Source of the DNA: Lingula anatina
Taxonomy: Eukaryota; Animalia; Brachiopoda
DNA length: 64,000 bases
Assembly: GCA_051362555.1 (NCBI GenBank)
Contig: CM120641.1
Coordinates: forward strand, 22,816,001-22,880,000
Direction: 5' to 3'
Shown here: positions 1 through 13,400 of the stretch, piece by piece
Layout: each line of letters begins with the position of its first letter
Position numbering within the stretch: the first letter of the stretch is position 1
Translations under genes and position numbers: made by a program
Notes under the pieces: generated by a model
Databases searched by the model: none
Told to the model about the DNA's origin: nothing
What the model saw: only the letters and a program-made list of their open reading frames with translations

Positions 1-361
1 GTGGAAACGCGCCCGGGTCACTTCATTAAAGCCCCCAATTTCAGCTTTAAAGATTGCCAGAAAGCACACCTGAGAACAGGATTTGGAGAGGGGGGGGTGG
101 AGAGAGTTTTTGCTCTATTTCTTCCTTAATAATGATACAACCACTCTTCCAGTACTTTATCCTCACTACAAATGACCAAACACACCTACCTGACACAATA
201 TTGAAGAAAACAATTTTTCATCCCTACCTGGCCAAAATTGAAGAAAACTGCCATATCCGGACCTTACGAAAATCACTCAAAATCACCCAAAAATGACCCG
301 TCAAAAATTTTTCCAAAAAGTGATGAAAATCAATTTACCACACCTGACATTCATAAAAAAT
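1..361 (+). repeat. Representative satellite monomer (arbitrary phase)
   Basis: Bases 1-361 are followed at 362 by the same sequence. The monomer contains CCCGGG, a GGAGA(G)8TGGAGAGAG tract, TCCGGA and many A/T tracts. Confidence 0.97.
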
Positions 362-2461
362 GTGGAAACGCGCCCGGGTCACTTCATTAAAGCCCCCAAT
401 TTCAGCTTTAAAGATTGCCAGAAAGCACACCTGAGAACAGGATTTGGAGAGGGGGGGGGGGTGGAGAGAGTTTTTGCTCTATTTCTTCCTTAATAATGAT
501 ACAACCACTCTTCCAGTACTTTATCCTCACTACAAATGACCAAACACACCTACCTGACACAATATTGAAGAAAAAAAATTTTCATCCCTACCTGGCCAAA
601 ATTGAAGAAAACTGCCATATCCGGACCTTACGAAAATCACTCAAAATCACCCAAAAATGACCCGTCAAAAATTTTTCCAAAAAGTGATGAAAATCAATTT
701 ACCACACCTGACATTCATAAAAAATGTGGAAACGCGCCCGGGTCACTTCATTAAAGCCCCCAATTTCAGCTTTAAAGATTGCCAGAAAGCACACCTGAGA
801 ACAGGATTTGGAGAGGGGGGGGTGGAGAGAGTTTTTGCTCTATTTCTTCCTTAATAATGATACAACCACTCTTCCAGTACTTTATCCTCACTACAAATGA
901 CCAAACACACCTACCTGACACAATATTGAAGAAAAAAATTTTTCATCCCTACCTGGCCAAAATTGAAGAAAACTGCCATATCCGGACCTTACGAAAATCA
1001 CTCAAAATCACCCAAAAATGACCCGTCAAAAATTTTTCCAAAAAGTGATGAAAATCAATTTACCACACCTGACATTCATAAAAAATGTGGAAACGCGCCC
1101 GGGTCACTTCATTAAAGCCCCCAATTTCAGCTTTAAAGATTGCCAGAAAGCACACCTGAGAACAGGATTTGGAGAGGGGGGGGTGGAGAGAGTTTTTGCT
1201 CTATTTCTTCCTTAATAATGATACAACCACTCTTCCAGTACTTTATCCTCACTACAAATGACCAAACACACCTACCTGACACAATATTGAAGAAAAAAAT
1301 TTTTCATCCCTACCTGGCCAAAATTGAAGAAAACTGCCATATCCGGACCTTACGAAAATCACTCAAAATCACCCAAAAATGACCCGTCAAAAATTTTTCC
1401 AAAAAGTGATGAAAATCAATTTACCACACCTGACATTCATAAAAAATGTGGAAACGCGCCCGGGTCACTTCATTAAAGCCCCCAATTTCAGCTTTAAAGA
1501 TTGCCAGAAAGCACACCTGAGAACAGGATTTGGAGAGGGGGGGGTGGAGAGAGTTTTTGCTCTATTTCTTCCTTAATAATGATACAACCACTCTTCCAGT
1601 ACTTTATCCTCACTACAAATGACCAAACACACCTACCTGACACAATATTGAAGAAAACAATTTTTCATCCCTACCTGGCCAAAATTGAAGAAAACTGCCA
1701 TATCCGGACCTTACGAAAATCACTCAAAATCACCCAAAAATGACCAGTCAAAAATTTTTCCAAAAAGTGATGAAAATCAATTTACCACACCTGACATTCA
1801 TAAAAAATGTGGAAACGCGCCCGGGTCACTTCATTAAAGCCCCCAATTTCAGCTTTAAAGATTGCCAGAAAGCACACCTGAGAACAGGATTTGGAGAGGG
1901 GGGGGTGGAGAGAGTTTTTGCTCTATTTCTTCCTTAATAATGATACAACCACTCTTCCACTACTTTATCCTCACTACAAATGACCAAACACACCTACCTG
2001 ACACAATATTGAAGAAAAAAATTTTTCATCCCTACCTGGCCAAAATTGAAGAAAACTGCCATATCCGGACCTTACGAAAATCACTCAAAATCACCCAAAA
2101 ATGACCCGTCAAAAATTTTTCCAAAAAGTGATGAAAATCAATTTACCACACCTGACATTCATAAAAAATGTGGAAACGCGCCCGGGTCACTTCATTAAAG
2201 CCCCCAATTTCAGCTTTAAAGATTGCCAGAAAGCACACCTGAGAACAGGATTTGGAGAGGGGGGGGTGGAGAGAGTTTTTGCTCTATTTCTTCCTTAATA
2301 ATGATACAACCACTCTTCCAGTACTTTATCCTCACTACAAATGACCAAACACACCTACCTGACACAATATTGAAGAAAAAAATTTTTCATCCCTACCTGG
2401 CCAAAATTGAAGAAAACTGCCATATCCGGACCTTACGAAAATCACTCAAAATCACCCAAAA

Positions 2462-5400
2462 ATGACCAGTCAAAAATTTTTCCAAAAAGTGATGAAAATC
2501 AATTTACCACACCTGACATTCATAAAAAATGTGGAAACGCGCCCGGGTCACTTCATTAAAGCCCCCAATTTCAGCTTTAAAGATTGCCAGAAAGCACACC
2601 TGAGAACAGGATTTGGAGAGGGGGGGGTGGAGAGAGTTTTTGCTCTATTTCTTCCTTAATAATGATACAACCACTCTTCCAGTACTTTATCCTCACTACA
2701 AATGACCAAACACACCTACCTGACACAATATTGAAGAAAAAAATTTTTCATCCCTACCTGGCCAAAATTGAAGAAAACTGCCATATCCGGACCTTACGAA
2801 AATCACTCAAAATCACCCAAAAATGACCCGTCAAAAATTTTTCCAAAAAGTGATGAAAATCAATTTACCACACCTGACATTCATAAAAAATGTGGAAACG
2901 CGCCCGGGTCACTTCATTAAAGCCCCCAATTTCAGCTTTAAAGATTGCCAGAAAGCACACCTGAGAACAGGATTTGGAGAGGGGGGGGTGGAGAGAGTTT
3001 TTGCTCTATTTCTTCCTTAATAATGATACAACCACTCTTCCAGTACTTTATCCTCACTACAAATGACCAAACACACCTACCTGACACAATATTGAAGAAA
3101 AAAATTTTTCATCCCTACCTGGCCAAAATTGAAGAAAACTGCCATATCCGGACCTTACGAAAATCACTCAAAATCACCCAAAAATGACCCGTCAAAAATT
3201 TTTCCAAAAAGTGATGAAAATCAATTTACCACACCTGACATTCATAAAAAATGTGGAAACGCGCCCGGGTCACTTCATTAAAGCCCCCAATTTCAGCTTT
3301 AAAGATTGCCAGAAAGCACACCTGAGAACAGGATTTGGAGAGGGGGGGGGGAGAGAGTTTTTGCTCTATTTCTTCCTTAATAATGATACAACCACTCTTC
3401 CAGTACTTTATCCTCACTACAAATGACCAAACACACCTACCTGACACAATATTGAAGAAAAAAATTTTTCATCCCTACCTGGCCAAAATTGAAGAAAACT
3501 GCCATATCCGGACCTTACGAAAATCACTCAAAATCACCCAAAAATGACCCGTCAAAAATTTTTCCAAAAAGTGATGAAAATCAATTTACCACACCTGACA
3601 TTCATAAAAAATGTGGAAACGCGCCCGGGTCACTTCATTAAAGCCCCCAATTTCAGCTTTAAAGATTGCCAGAAAGCACACCTGAGAACAGGATTTGGAG
3701 AGGGGGGGGGGAGAGAGTTTTTGCTCTATTTCTTCCTTAATAATGATACAACCAATCTTCCAGTACTTTATCCTCACTACAAATGACCAAACACACCTAC
3801 CTGACACAATATTGAAGAAAAAAATTTTTCATCCCTACCTGGCCAAAATTGAAGAAAACTGCCATATCCGGACCTTACGAAAATCACTCAAAATCACCCA
3901 AAAATGACCCGTCAAAAATTTTTCCAAAAAGTGATGAAAATCAATTTACCACACCTGACATTCATAAAAAATGTGGAAACGCACCCGGGTCACTTCATTA
4001 AAGCCCCCAATTTCAGCTTTAAAGATTGCCAGAAAGCACACCTGAGAACAGGATTTGGAGAGGGGGGGGTGGAGAGAGTTTTTGCTCTATTTCTTCCTTA
4101 ATAATGATACAACCACTCTTCCAGTACTTTATCCTCACTACAAATGACCAAACACACCTACCTGACACAATATTGAAGAAAAAAATTTTTCATCCCTACC
4201 TGGCCAAAATTGAAGAAAACTGCCATATCCGGACCTTACGAAAATCACTCAAAATCACCCAAAAATGACCCGTCAAAAATTTTTCCAAAAAGTGATGAAA
4301 ATCAATTAACCACACCTGACATTCATAAAAAATGTGGAAACGCGCCCGGGTCACTTCATTAAAGCCCCCAATTTCAGCTATAAAGATTGCCAGAAAGCAC
4401 ACCTGAGAACAGGATTTGGAGAGGGGGGGGTGGAGAGAGTTTTTGCTCTATTTCTTCCTTAATAATGATACAACCACTCTTCCAGTACTTTATCCTCACT
4501 ACAAATGACCAAACACACCTACCTGACACAATATTGAAGAAAAAAATTTTTCATCCCTACCTGGCCAAAATTGAAGAAAACTGCCATATCCGGACCTTAC
4601 GAAAATCACTCAAAATCACCCAAAAATGACCCGTCAAAATTTTTTCCAAAAAGTGATGAAAATCAATTTACCACACCTGACATTCATAAAAAATGTGGAA
4701 ACGCGCCCGGGTCACTTCATTAAAGCCCCCAATTTCAGCTTTAAAGATTGCCAGAAAGCACACCTGAGAACAGGATTTGGAGAGGGGGGGGTGGAGAGAG
4801 TTTTTGCTCTATTTCTTCCTTAATAATGATACAACCACTCTTCCAGTACTTTATCCTCACTACAAATGACCAAACACACCTACCTGACACAATATTGAAG
4901 AAAAAAATTTTTCATCCCTACCTGGCCAAAATTGAAGAAAACTGCCATATCCGGACCTTACGAAAATCACTCAAAATCACCCAAAAATGACCCGTCAAAA
5001 ATTTTTCCAAAAAGTGATGAAAATCAATTTACCACACCTGACATTCATAAAAAATGTGGAAACGCGCCCGGGTCACTTCATTAAAGCCCCCAATTTCAGC
5101 TTTAAAGATTGCCAGAAAACACACCTGAGAACAGGATTTGGAGAGGGGGGGGGGGGGGTGGAGAGAGTTTTTGCTCTATTTCTTCCTTAATAATGATACA
5201 ACCACTCTTCCAGTACTTTATCCTCACTACAAATGACCAAACACACCTACCTGACACAATATTGAAGGAAAAAATTTTTCAACCCTACCTGGCCAAAATT
5301 GAAGAAAACTGCCATATCCGGACCTTACGAAAATCACTCAAAATCACCCAAAAATGACCCGTCAAAAATTTTTCCAAAAAGTGATGAAAATCAATTTACC

Positions 5401-8400
5401 ACACCTGACATTCATAAAAAATGTGGAAACGCGCCCGGGTCACTTCATTAAAGCCCCCAATTTCAGCTTTAAAGATTGCCAGAAAGCACACCTGAGAACA
5501 GGATTTGGAGAGGGGGGGGGGGGGTGGAGAGAGTTTTTGCTCTATTTCTTCCTTAATAATGATACAACCACTCTTCCAGTACTTTATCCTCACTACAAAT
5601 GACCAAACACACCTACCTGACACAATATTGAAGAAAAAAATTTTTTCATCCCTACCTGGCCAAAATTGAAGAAAACTGCCATATCCGGACCTTACGAAAA
5701 TCACTCAAAATCACCCAAAAATGACCCGTCAAAAATTTTTCCAAAAAGTGATGAAAATCAATTTACCACACCTGACATTCATAAAAAATGTGGAAACGCG
5801 CCCGGGTCACTTCATTAAAGCTCCCAATTTCAGCTTTAAAGATTGCCAGAAAGCACACCTGAGAACAGGATTTGGAGAGGGGGGGGTGGAGAGAGTTTTT
5901 GCTCTATTTCTTCCTTAATAATGATACAACCACTCTTCCAGTACTTTATCCTCACTACAAATGACCAAACACACCTACCTGACACAATATTGAAGAAAAA
6001 AATTTTTCATCCCTACCTGGCCAAAATTGAAGAAAACTGCCATATCCGGACCTTACGAAAATCACTCAAAATCACCCAAAAATGACCAGTCAAAAATTTT
6101 TCCAAAAAGTGATGAAAATCAATTTATCACACCTGACATTCATAAAAAATGTGGAAACGCGCCCGGGTCACTTCATTAAAGCCCCCAATTTCAGCTTTAA
6201 AGATTGCCAGAAAGCACACCTGAGAACAGGATTTGGAGAGGGGGGGGTGGAGAGAGTTTTTGCTCTATTTCTTCCTTAATAATGATACAACCACTCTTCC
6301 AGTACTTTATCCTCACTACAAATGACCAAACACACCTACCTGACACAATATTGAAGAAAAAAATTTTTCATCCCTACCTGGCCAAAATTGAAGAAAACTG
6401 CCATATCCGGACCTTACGAAAATCACTCAAAATCACCCAAAAATGACCAGTCAAAAATTTTTCCAAAAAGTGATGAAAATCAATTTACCACACCTGACAT
6501 TCATAAAAAATGTGGAAACGCGCCCGGGTCACTTCATTAAAGCCCCCAATTTCAGCTTTAAAGATTGCCAGAAAGCACACCTGAGAACAGGATTTGGAGA
6601 GGGGGGGGTGGAGAGAGTTTTTGCTCTATTTCTTCCTTAATAATGATACAACCACTCTTCCAGTACTTTATCCTCACTACAAATGACCAAACACACCTAC
6701 CTGACACAATATTGAAGAAAAAAATTTTTCATCCCTACCTGGCCAAAATTGAAGAAAACTGCCATATCCGGACCTTACGAAAATCACTCAAAATCACCCA
6801 AAAATGACCCGTCAAAAATTTTTCCAAAAAGTGATGAAAATCAATTTACCACACCTGACATTCATAAAAAATGTGGAAACGCGCCCGGGTCACTTCATTA
6901 AAGCCCCCAATTTCAGCTTTAAAGATTGCCAGAAAGCACACCTGAGAACAGGATTTGGAGAGGGGGGGGGTGGAGAGAGTTTTTGCTCTATTTCTTCCTT
7001 AATAATGATACAACCACTCTTCCAGTACTTTATCCTCACTACAAATGACCAAACACACCTACCTGACACAATATTGAAGAAAAAAATTTTTCATCCCTAC
7101 CTGGCCAAAATTGAAGAAAACTGCCATATCCGGACCTTACGAAAATCACTCAAAATCACCCAAAAATGACCCGTCAAAAATTTTTCCAAAAAGTGATGAA
7201 AATCAATTTACCACACCTGACATTCATAAAAAATGTGGAAACGCGCCCGGGTCACTTCATTAAAGCCCCCAATTTCAGCTTTAAAGATTGCCAGAAAGCA
7301 CACCTGAGAACAGGATTTGGAGAGGGGGGGGGGGAGAGAGTTTTTGCTCTATTTCTTCCTTAATAATGATACAACCACTCTTCCAGTACTTTATCCTCAC
7401 TACAAATGACCAAACACACCTACCTGACACAATATTGAAGAAAAAAATTTTTCATCCCTACCTGGCCAAAATTGAAGAAAACTGCCATATCCGGACCTTA
7501 CGAAAATCACTCAAAATCACCCAAAAATGACCCGTCAAAAATTTTTCCAAAAAGTGATGAAAATCAATTTACCACACCTGACATTCATAAAAAATGTGGA
7601 AACGCGCCCGGGTCACTTCATTAAAGCCCCCAATTTCAGCTTTAAAGATTGCCAGAAAGCACACCTGAGAACAGGATTTGGAGAGGGGGGGGGGAGAGAG
7701 TTTTTGCTCTATTTCTTCCTTAATAATGATACAACCAATCTTCCAGTACTTTATCCTCACTACAAATGACCAAACACACCTACCTGACACAATATTGAAG
7801 AAAAAAATTTTTCATCCCTACCTGGCCAAAATTGAAGAAAACTGCCATATCCGGACCTTACGAAAATCACTCAAAATCACCCAAAAATGACCCGTCAAAA
7901 ATTTTTCCAAAAAGTGATGAAAATCAATTTACCACACCTGACATTCATAAAAAATGTGGAAACGCACCCGGGTCACTTCATTAAAGCCCCCAATTTCAGC
8001 TTTAAAGATTGCCAGAAAGCACACCTGAGAACAGGATTTGGAGAGGGGGGGGTGGAGAGAGTTTTTGCTCTATTTCTTCCTTAATAATGATACAACCACT
8101 CTTCCAGTACTTTATCCTCACTACAAATGACCAAACACACCTACCTGACACAATATTGAAGAAAAAAATTTTTCATCCCTACCTGGCCAAAATTGAAGAA
8201 AACTGCCATATCCGGACCTTACGAAAATCACTCAAAATCACCCAAAAATGACCCGTCAAAAATTTTTCCAAAAAGTGATGAAAATCAATTAACCACACCT
8301 GACATTCATAAAAAATGTGGAAACGCGCCCGGGTCACTTCATTAAAGCCCCCAATTTCAGCTATAAAGATTGCCAGAAAGCACACCTGAGAACAGGATTT

Positions 8401-10420
8401 GGAGAGGGGGGGGTGGAGAGAGTTTTTGCTCTATTTCTTCCTTAATAATGATACAACCACTCTTCCAGTACTTTATCCTCACTACAAATGACCAAACACA
8501 CCTACCTGACACAATATTGAAGAAAAAAATTTTTCATCCCTACCTGGCCAAAATTGAAGAAAACTGCCATATCCGGACCTTACGAAAATCACTCAAAATC
8601 ACCCAAAAATGACCCGTCAAAATTTTTTCCAAAAAGTGATGAAAATCAATTTACCACACCTGACATTCATAAAAAATGTGGAAACGCGCCCGGGTCACTT
8701 CATTAAAGCCCCCAATTTCAGCTTTAAAGATTGCCAGAAAGCACACCTGAGAACAGGATTTGGAGAGGGGGGGGTGGAGAGAGTTTTTGCTCTATTTCTT
8801 CCTTAATAATGATACAACCACTCTTCCAGTACTTTATCCTCACTACAAATGACCAAACACACCTACCTGACACAATATTGAAGAAAAAAATTTTTCATCC
8901 CTACCTGGCCAAAATTGAAGAAAACTGCCATATCCGGACCTTACGAAAATCACTCAAAATCACCCAAAAATGACCCGTCAAAAATTTTTCCAAAAAGTGA
9001 TGAAAATCAATTTACCACACCTGACATTCATAAAAAATGTGGAAACGCGCCCGGGTCACTTCATTAAAGCCCCCAATTTCAGCTTTAAAGATTGCCAGAA
9101 AACACACCTGAGAACAGGATTTGGAGAGGGGGGGGGGGGGTGGAGAGAGTTTTTGCTCTATTTCTTCCTTAATAATGATACAACCACTCTTCCAGTACTT
9201 TATCCTCACTACAAATGACCAAACACACCTACCTGACACAATATTGAAGGAAAAAATTTTTCAACCCTACCTGGCCAAAATTGAAGAAAACTGCCATATC
9301 CGGACCTTACGAAAATCACTCAAAATCACCCAAAAATGACCCGTCAAAAATTTTTCCAAAAAGTGATGAAAATCAATTTACCACACCTGACATTCATAAA
9401 AAATGTGGAAACGCGCCCGGGTCACTTCATTAAAGCCCCCAATTTCAGCTTTAAAGATTGCCAGAAAGCACACCTGAGAACAGGATTTGGAGAGGGTTGG
9501 GTGGAGAGAGTTTTTGCTCTATTTCTTCCTTAATAATGATACAACCACTCTTCCAGTACTTTATCCTCACTACAAATGACCAAACACACCTACCTGACAC
9601 AATATTGAAGAAAAAAATTTTTTCATCCCTACCTGGCCAAAATTGAAGAAAACTGCCATATCCGGACCTTACGAAAATCACTCAAAATCACCCAAAAATG
9701 ACCCGTCAAAAATTTTTCCAAAAAGTGATGAAAATCAATTTACCACACCTGACATTCATAAAAAATGTGGAAACGCGCCCGGGTCACTTCATTAAAGCTC
9801 CCAATTTCAGCTTTAAAGATTGCCAGAAAGCACACCTGAGAACAGGATTTGGAGAGGGGGGGGTGGAGAGAGTTTTTGCTCTATTTCTTCCTTAATAATG
9901 ATACAACCACTCTTCCAGTACTTTATCCTCACTACAAATGACCAAACACACCTACCTGACACAATATTGAAGAAAAAAATTTTTCATCCCTACCTGGCCA
10001 AAATTGAAGAAAACTGCCATATCCGGACCTTACGAAAATCACTCAAAATCACCCAAAAATGACCAGTCAAAAATTTTTCCAAAAAGTGATGAAAATCAAT
10101 TTATCACACCTGACATTCATAAAAAATGTGGAAACGCGCCCGGGTCACTTCATTAAAGCCCCCAATTTCAGCTTTAAAGATTGCCAGAAAGCACACCTGA
10201 GAACAGGATTTGGAGAGGGGGGGGGTGGAGAGAGTTTTTGCTCTATTTCTTCCTTAATAATGATACAACCACTCTTCCAGTACTTTATCCTCACTACAAA
10301 TGACCAAACACACCTACCTGACACAATATTGAAGAAAAAAATTTTTCATCCCTACCTGGCCAAAATTGAAGAAAACTGCCATATCCGGACCTTACGAAAA
10401 TCACTCAAAATCACCCAAAA
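2462..10420 (+). repeat. Higher-order tandem duplication: 2 copies of an 11-monomer block (~3.98 kb period); boundaries approximate
   Basis: The same ordered series of rare variants occurs in monomers starting 2462/6443, 3184/7166, 3544/7527, 3904/7887, 4265/8248, 4626/8609, 4987/8970, 5354/9336, 5721/9698 and 6082/10059. Confidence 0.9.
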
Positions 10421-13400
10421 ATGACCCGTCAAAAATTTTTCCAAAAAGTGATGAAAATCAATTTACCACACCTGACATTCATAAAAAATGTGGAAACGCG
10501 CCCGGGTCACTTCATTAAAGCCCCCAATTTCAGCTTTAAAGATTGCCAGAAAGCACACCTGAGAACAGGATTTGGAGAGGGGGGGGTGGAGAGAGTTTTT
10601 GCTCTATTTCTTCCTTAATAATGATACAACCACTCTTCCAGTACTTTATCCTCACTACAAATGACCAAACACACCTACCTGACACAATATTGAAGAAAAA
10701 AATTTTTCATCCCTACCTGGCCAAAATTGAAGAAAACTGCCATATCCGGACCTTACGAAAATCACTCAAAATCACCCAAAAATGACCCGTCAAAAATTTT
10801 TCCAAAAAGTGATGAAAATCAATTTACCACACCTGACATTCATAAAAAATGTGGAAACGCGCCCGGGTCACTTCATTAAAGCCCCCAATTTCAGCTTTAA
10901 AAATTGCCAGAAAGCACACCTGAGAACAGGATTTGGAGAGGGGGGGGTGGAGAGAGTTTTTGCTCTATTTCTTCCTTAATAATGATACAACCACTCTTCC
11001 AGTACTTTATCCTCACTACAAATGACCAAACACACCTACCTGACACAATATTGAAGAAAAAAATTTTTCATCCCTACCTGGCCAAAATTGAAGAAAACTG
11101 CCATATCTGGACCTTACGAAAATCACTCAAAATCACCCAAAAATGACCCGTCAAAAATTTTTCCAAAAAGTGATGAAAATCAATTTACCACACCTGACAT
11201 TCATAAAAAATGTGGAAACGCGCCCGGGTCACTTCATTAAAGCCCCCAATTTCAGCTTTAAAGATTGCCAGAAAACACACCTGAGAACAGGATTTGGAGA
11301 GGGGGGGGTGGAGAGAGTTTTTGCTCTATTTCTTCCTTAATAATGATACAACCACTCTTCCAGTACTTTATCCTCACTACAAATGACCAAACACACCTAC
11401 CTGACACAATATTGAAGAAAAAAATTTTTCATCCCTACCTGGCCAAAATTGAAGAAAACTGCCATATCCGGACCTTACGAAAATCACTCAAAATCACCCA
11501 AAAATGACCCGTCAAAAATTTTTCCAAAAAGTGATGAAAATCAATTTACCACACCTGACATTCATAAAAAATGTGGAAACGCGCCCGGGTCACTTCATTA
11601 AAGCCCCCAATTTCAGCTTTAAAGATTGCCAGAAAGCACACCTGAGAACAGGATTTGGAGAGGGGGGGGTGGAGAGAGTTTTTGCTCTATTTCTTCCTTA
11701 ATAATGATACAACCACTCTTCCAGTACTTTATCCTCACTACAAATGACCAAACACACCTACCTGACACAATATTGAAGAAAAAAATTTTTCATCCCTACC
11801 TGGCCAAAATTGAAGAAAACTGCCATATCCGGACCTTACGAAAATCACTCAAAATCACCCAAAAATGACCCGTCAAAAATTTTTCCAAAAAGTGATGAAA
11901 ATCAATTTACCACACCTGACATTCATAAAAAATGTGGAAACGCGCCCGGGTCACTTCATTAAAGCCCCCAATTTCAGCTTTAAAGATTGCCAGAAAACAC
12001 ACCTGAGAACAGGATTTGGAGAGGGGGGGGGGGTGGAGAGAGTTTTTGCTCTATTTCTTCCTTAATAATGATACAACCACTCTTCCAGTACTTTATCCTC
12101 ACTACAAATGACCAAACACACCTACCTGACACAATATTGAAGAAAAAAATTTTTCAACCCTACCTGGCCAAAATTGAAGAAAACTGCCATATCCGGACCT
12201 TACGAAAATCACTCAAAATCACCCAAAAATGACCCGTCAAAAATTTTTCCAAAAAGTGATGAAAATCAATTTACCACACCTGACATTCATAAAAAATGTG
12301 GAAACGCGCCCGGGTCACTTCATTAAAGCCCCCAATTTCAGCTTTAAAGATTGCCAGAAAACACACCTGAGAACAGGATTTGGAGAGGGGGGGGGGGTGG
12401 AGAGAGTTTTTGCTCTATTTCTTCCTTAATAATGATACAACCACTCTTCCAGTACTTTATCCTCACTACAAATGACCAAACACACCTACCTGACACAATA
12501 TTGAAGAAAAAAATTTTTCATCCCTACCTGGCCAAAATTGAAGAAAACTGCCATATCCGGACCTTACGAAAATCACTCAAAATCACCCAAAAATGACCCG
12601 TCAAAAATTTTTCCAAAAAGTGATGAAAATCAATTTACCACACCTGACATTCATAAAAAATGTGGAAACGCGCCCGGGTCACTTCATTAAAGACCCCAAT
12701 TTCAGCTTTAAAGATTGCCAGAAAGCACACCTGAGAACAGGATTTGGAGAGGGGGGGGGGGGTGGAGAGAGTTTTTGCTCTATTTCTTCCTTAATAATGA
12801 TACAACCACTCTTCCAGTACTTTATCCTCACTACAAATGACCAAACACACCTACCTGACACAATATTGAAGAAAAAAATTTTTCATCCCTACCTGGCCAA
12901 AATTGAAGAAAACTGCCATATCCGGACCTTACGAAAATCACTCAAAATCACCCAAAAATGACCCGTCAAAAATTTTTCCAAAAATGATGAAAATCAATTT
13001 ACCACACCTGACATTCATAAAAAATGTGGAAACGCGCCCGGGTCACTTCATTAAAGCCCCCAATTTCAGCTTTAAAGATTGCCAGAAAGCACACCTGAGA
13101 ACAGGATTTGGAGAAAGGGGGGGCGGAGAGAGTTTTTGCTCTATTTCTTCCTTAATAATGATACAACCACTCTTCCAGTACTTTATCCTCACTACAAATG
13201 ACCAAACACACCTACCTGACACAATATTGAAGAAAAAAATTTTTCATCCCTACCTGGCCAAAATTGAAGAAAACTGCCATATCCGGACCTTACGAAAATC
13301 ACTCAAAATCACCCAAAAATGACCCGTCAAAAATTTTTCCAAAAAGTGATAAAAATCAATTTACCACACCTGACATTCATAAAAAATGTGGAAACGCACC

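Noticed and set aside
1-361. Monomer as a dimer of diverged ~180-bp subunits
   Set aside because: Internal shared words (ACCTGACA, AAATGACC, CACACCTGA, TTGAAGAAAA) recur at inconsistent offsets, none near 180 bp. No colinear half-to-half similarity is visible by eye.
6804-7169. Poly-G-dependent fusion into a 121-aa ORF resembling a phase-variable gene array
   Set aside because: This is a by-product of homopolymer length in non-coding repeat DNA. There is no recognisable protein, ribosome-binding site or operon context, and nothing suggests coding constraint.
9494-9503. GGGTTGGG as a telomeric repeat seed
   Set aside because: It is a single substituted G-tract allele with no tandem telomeric units.
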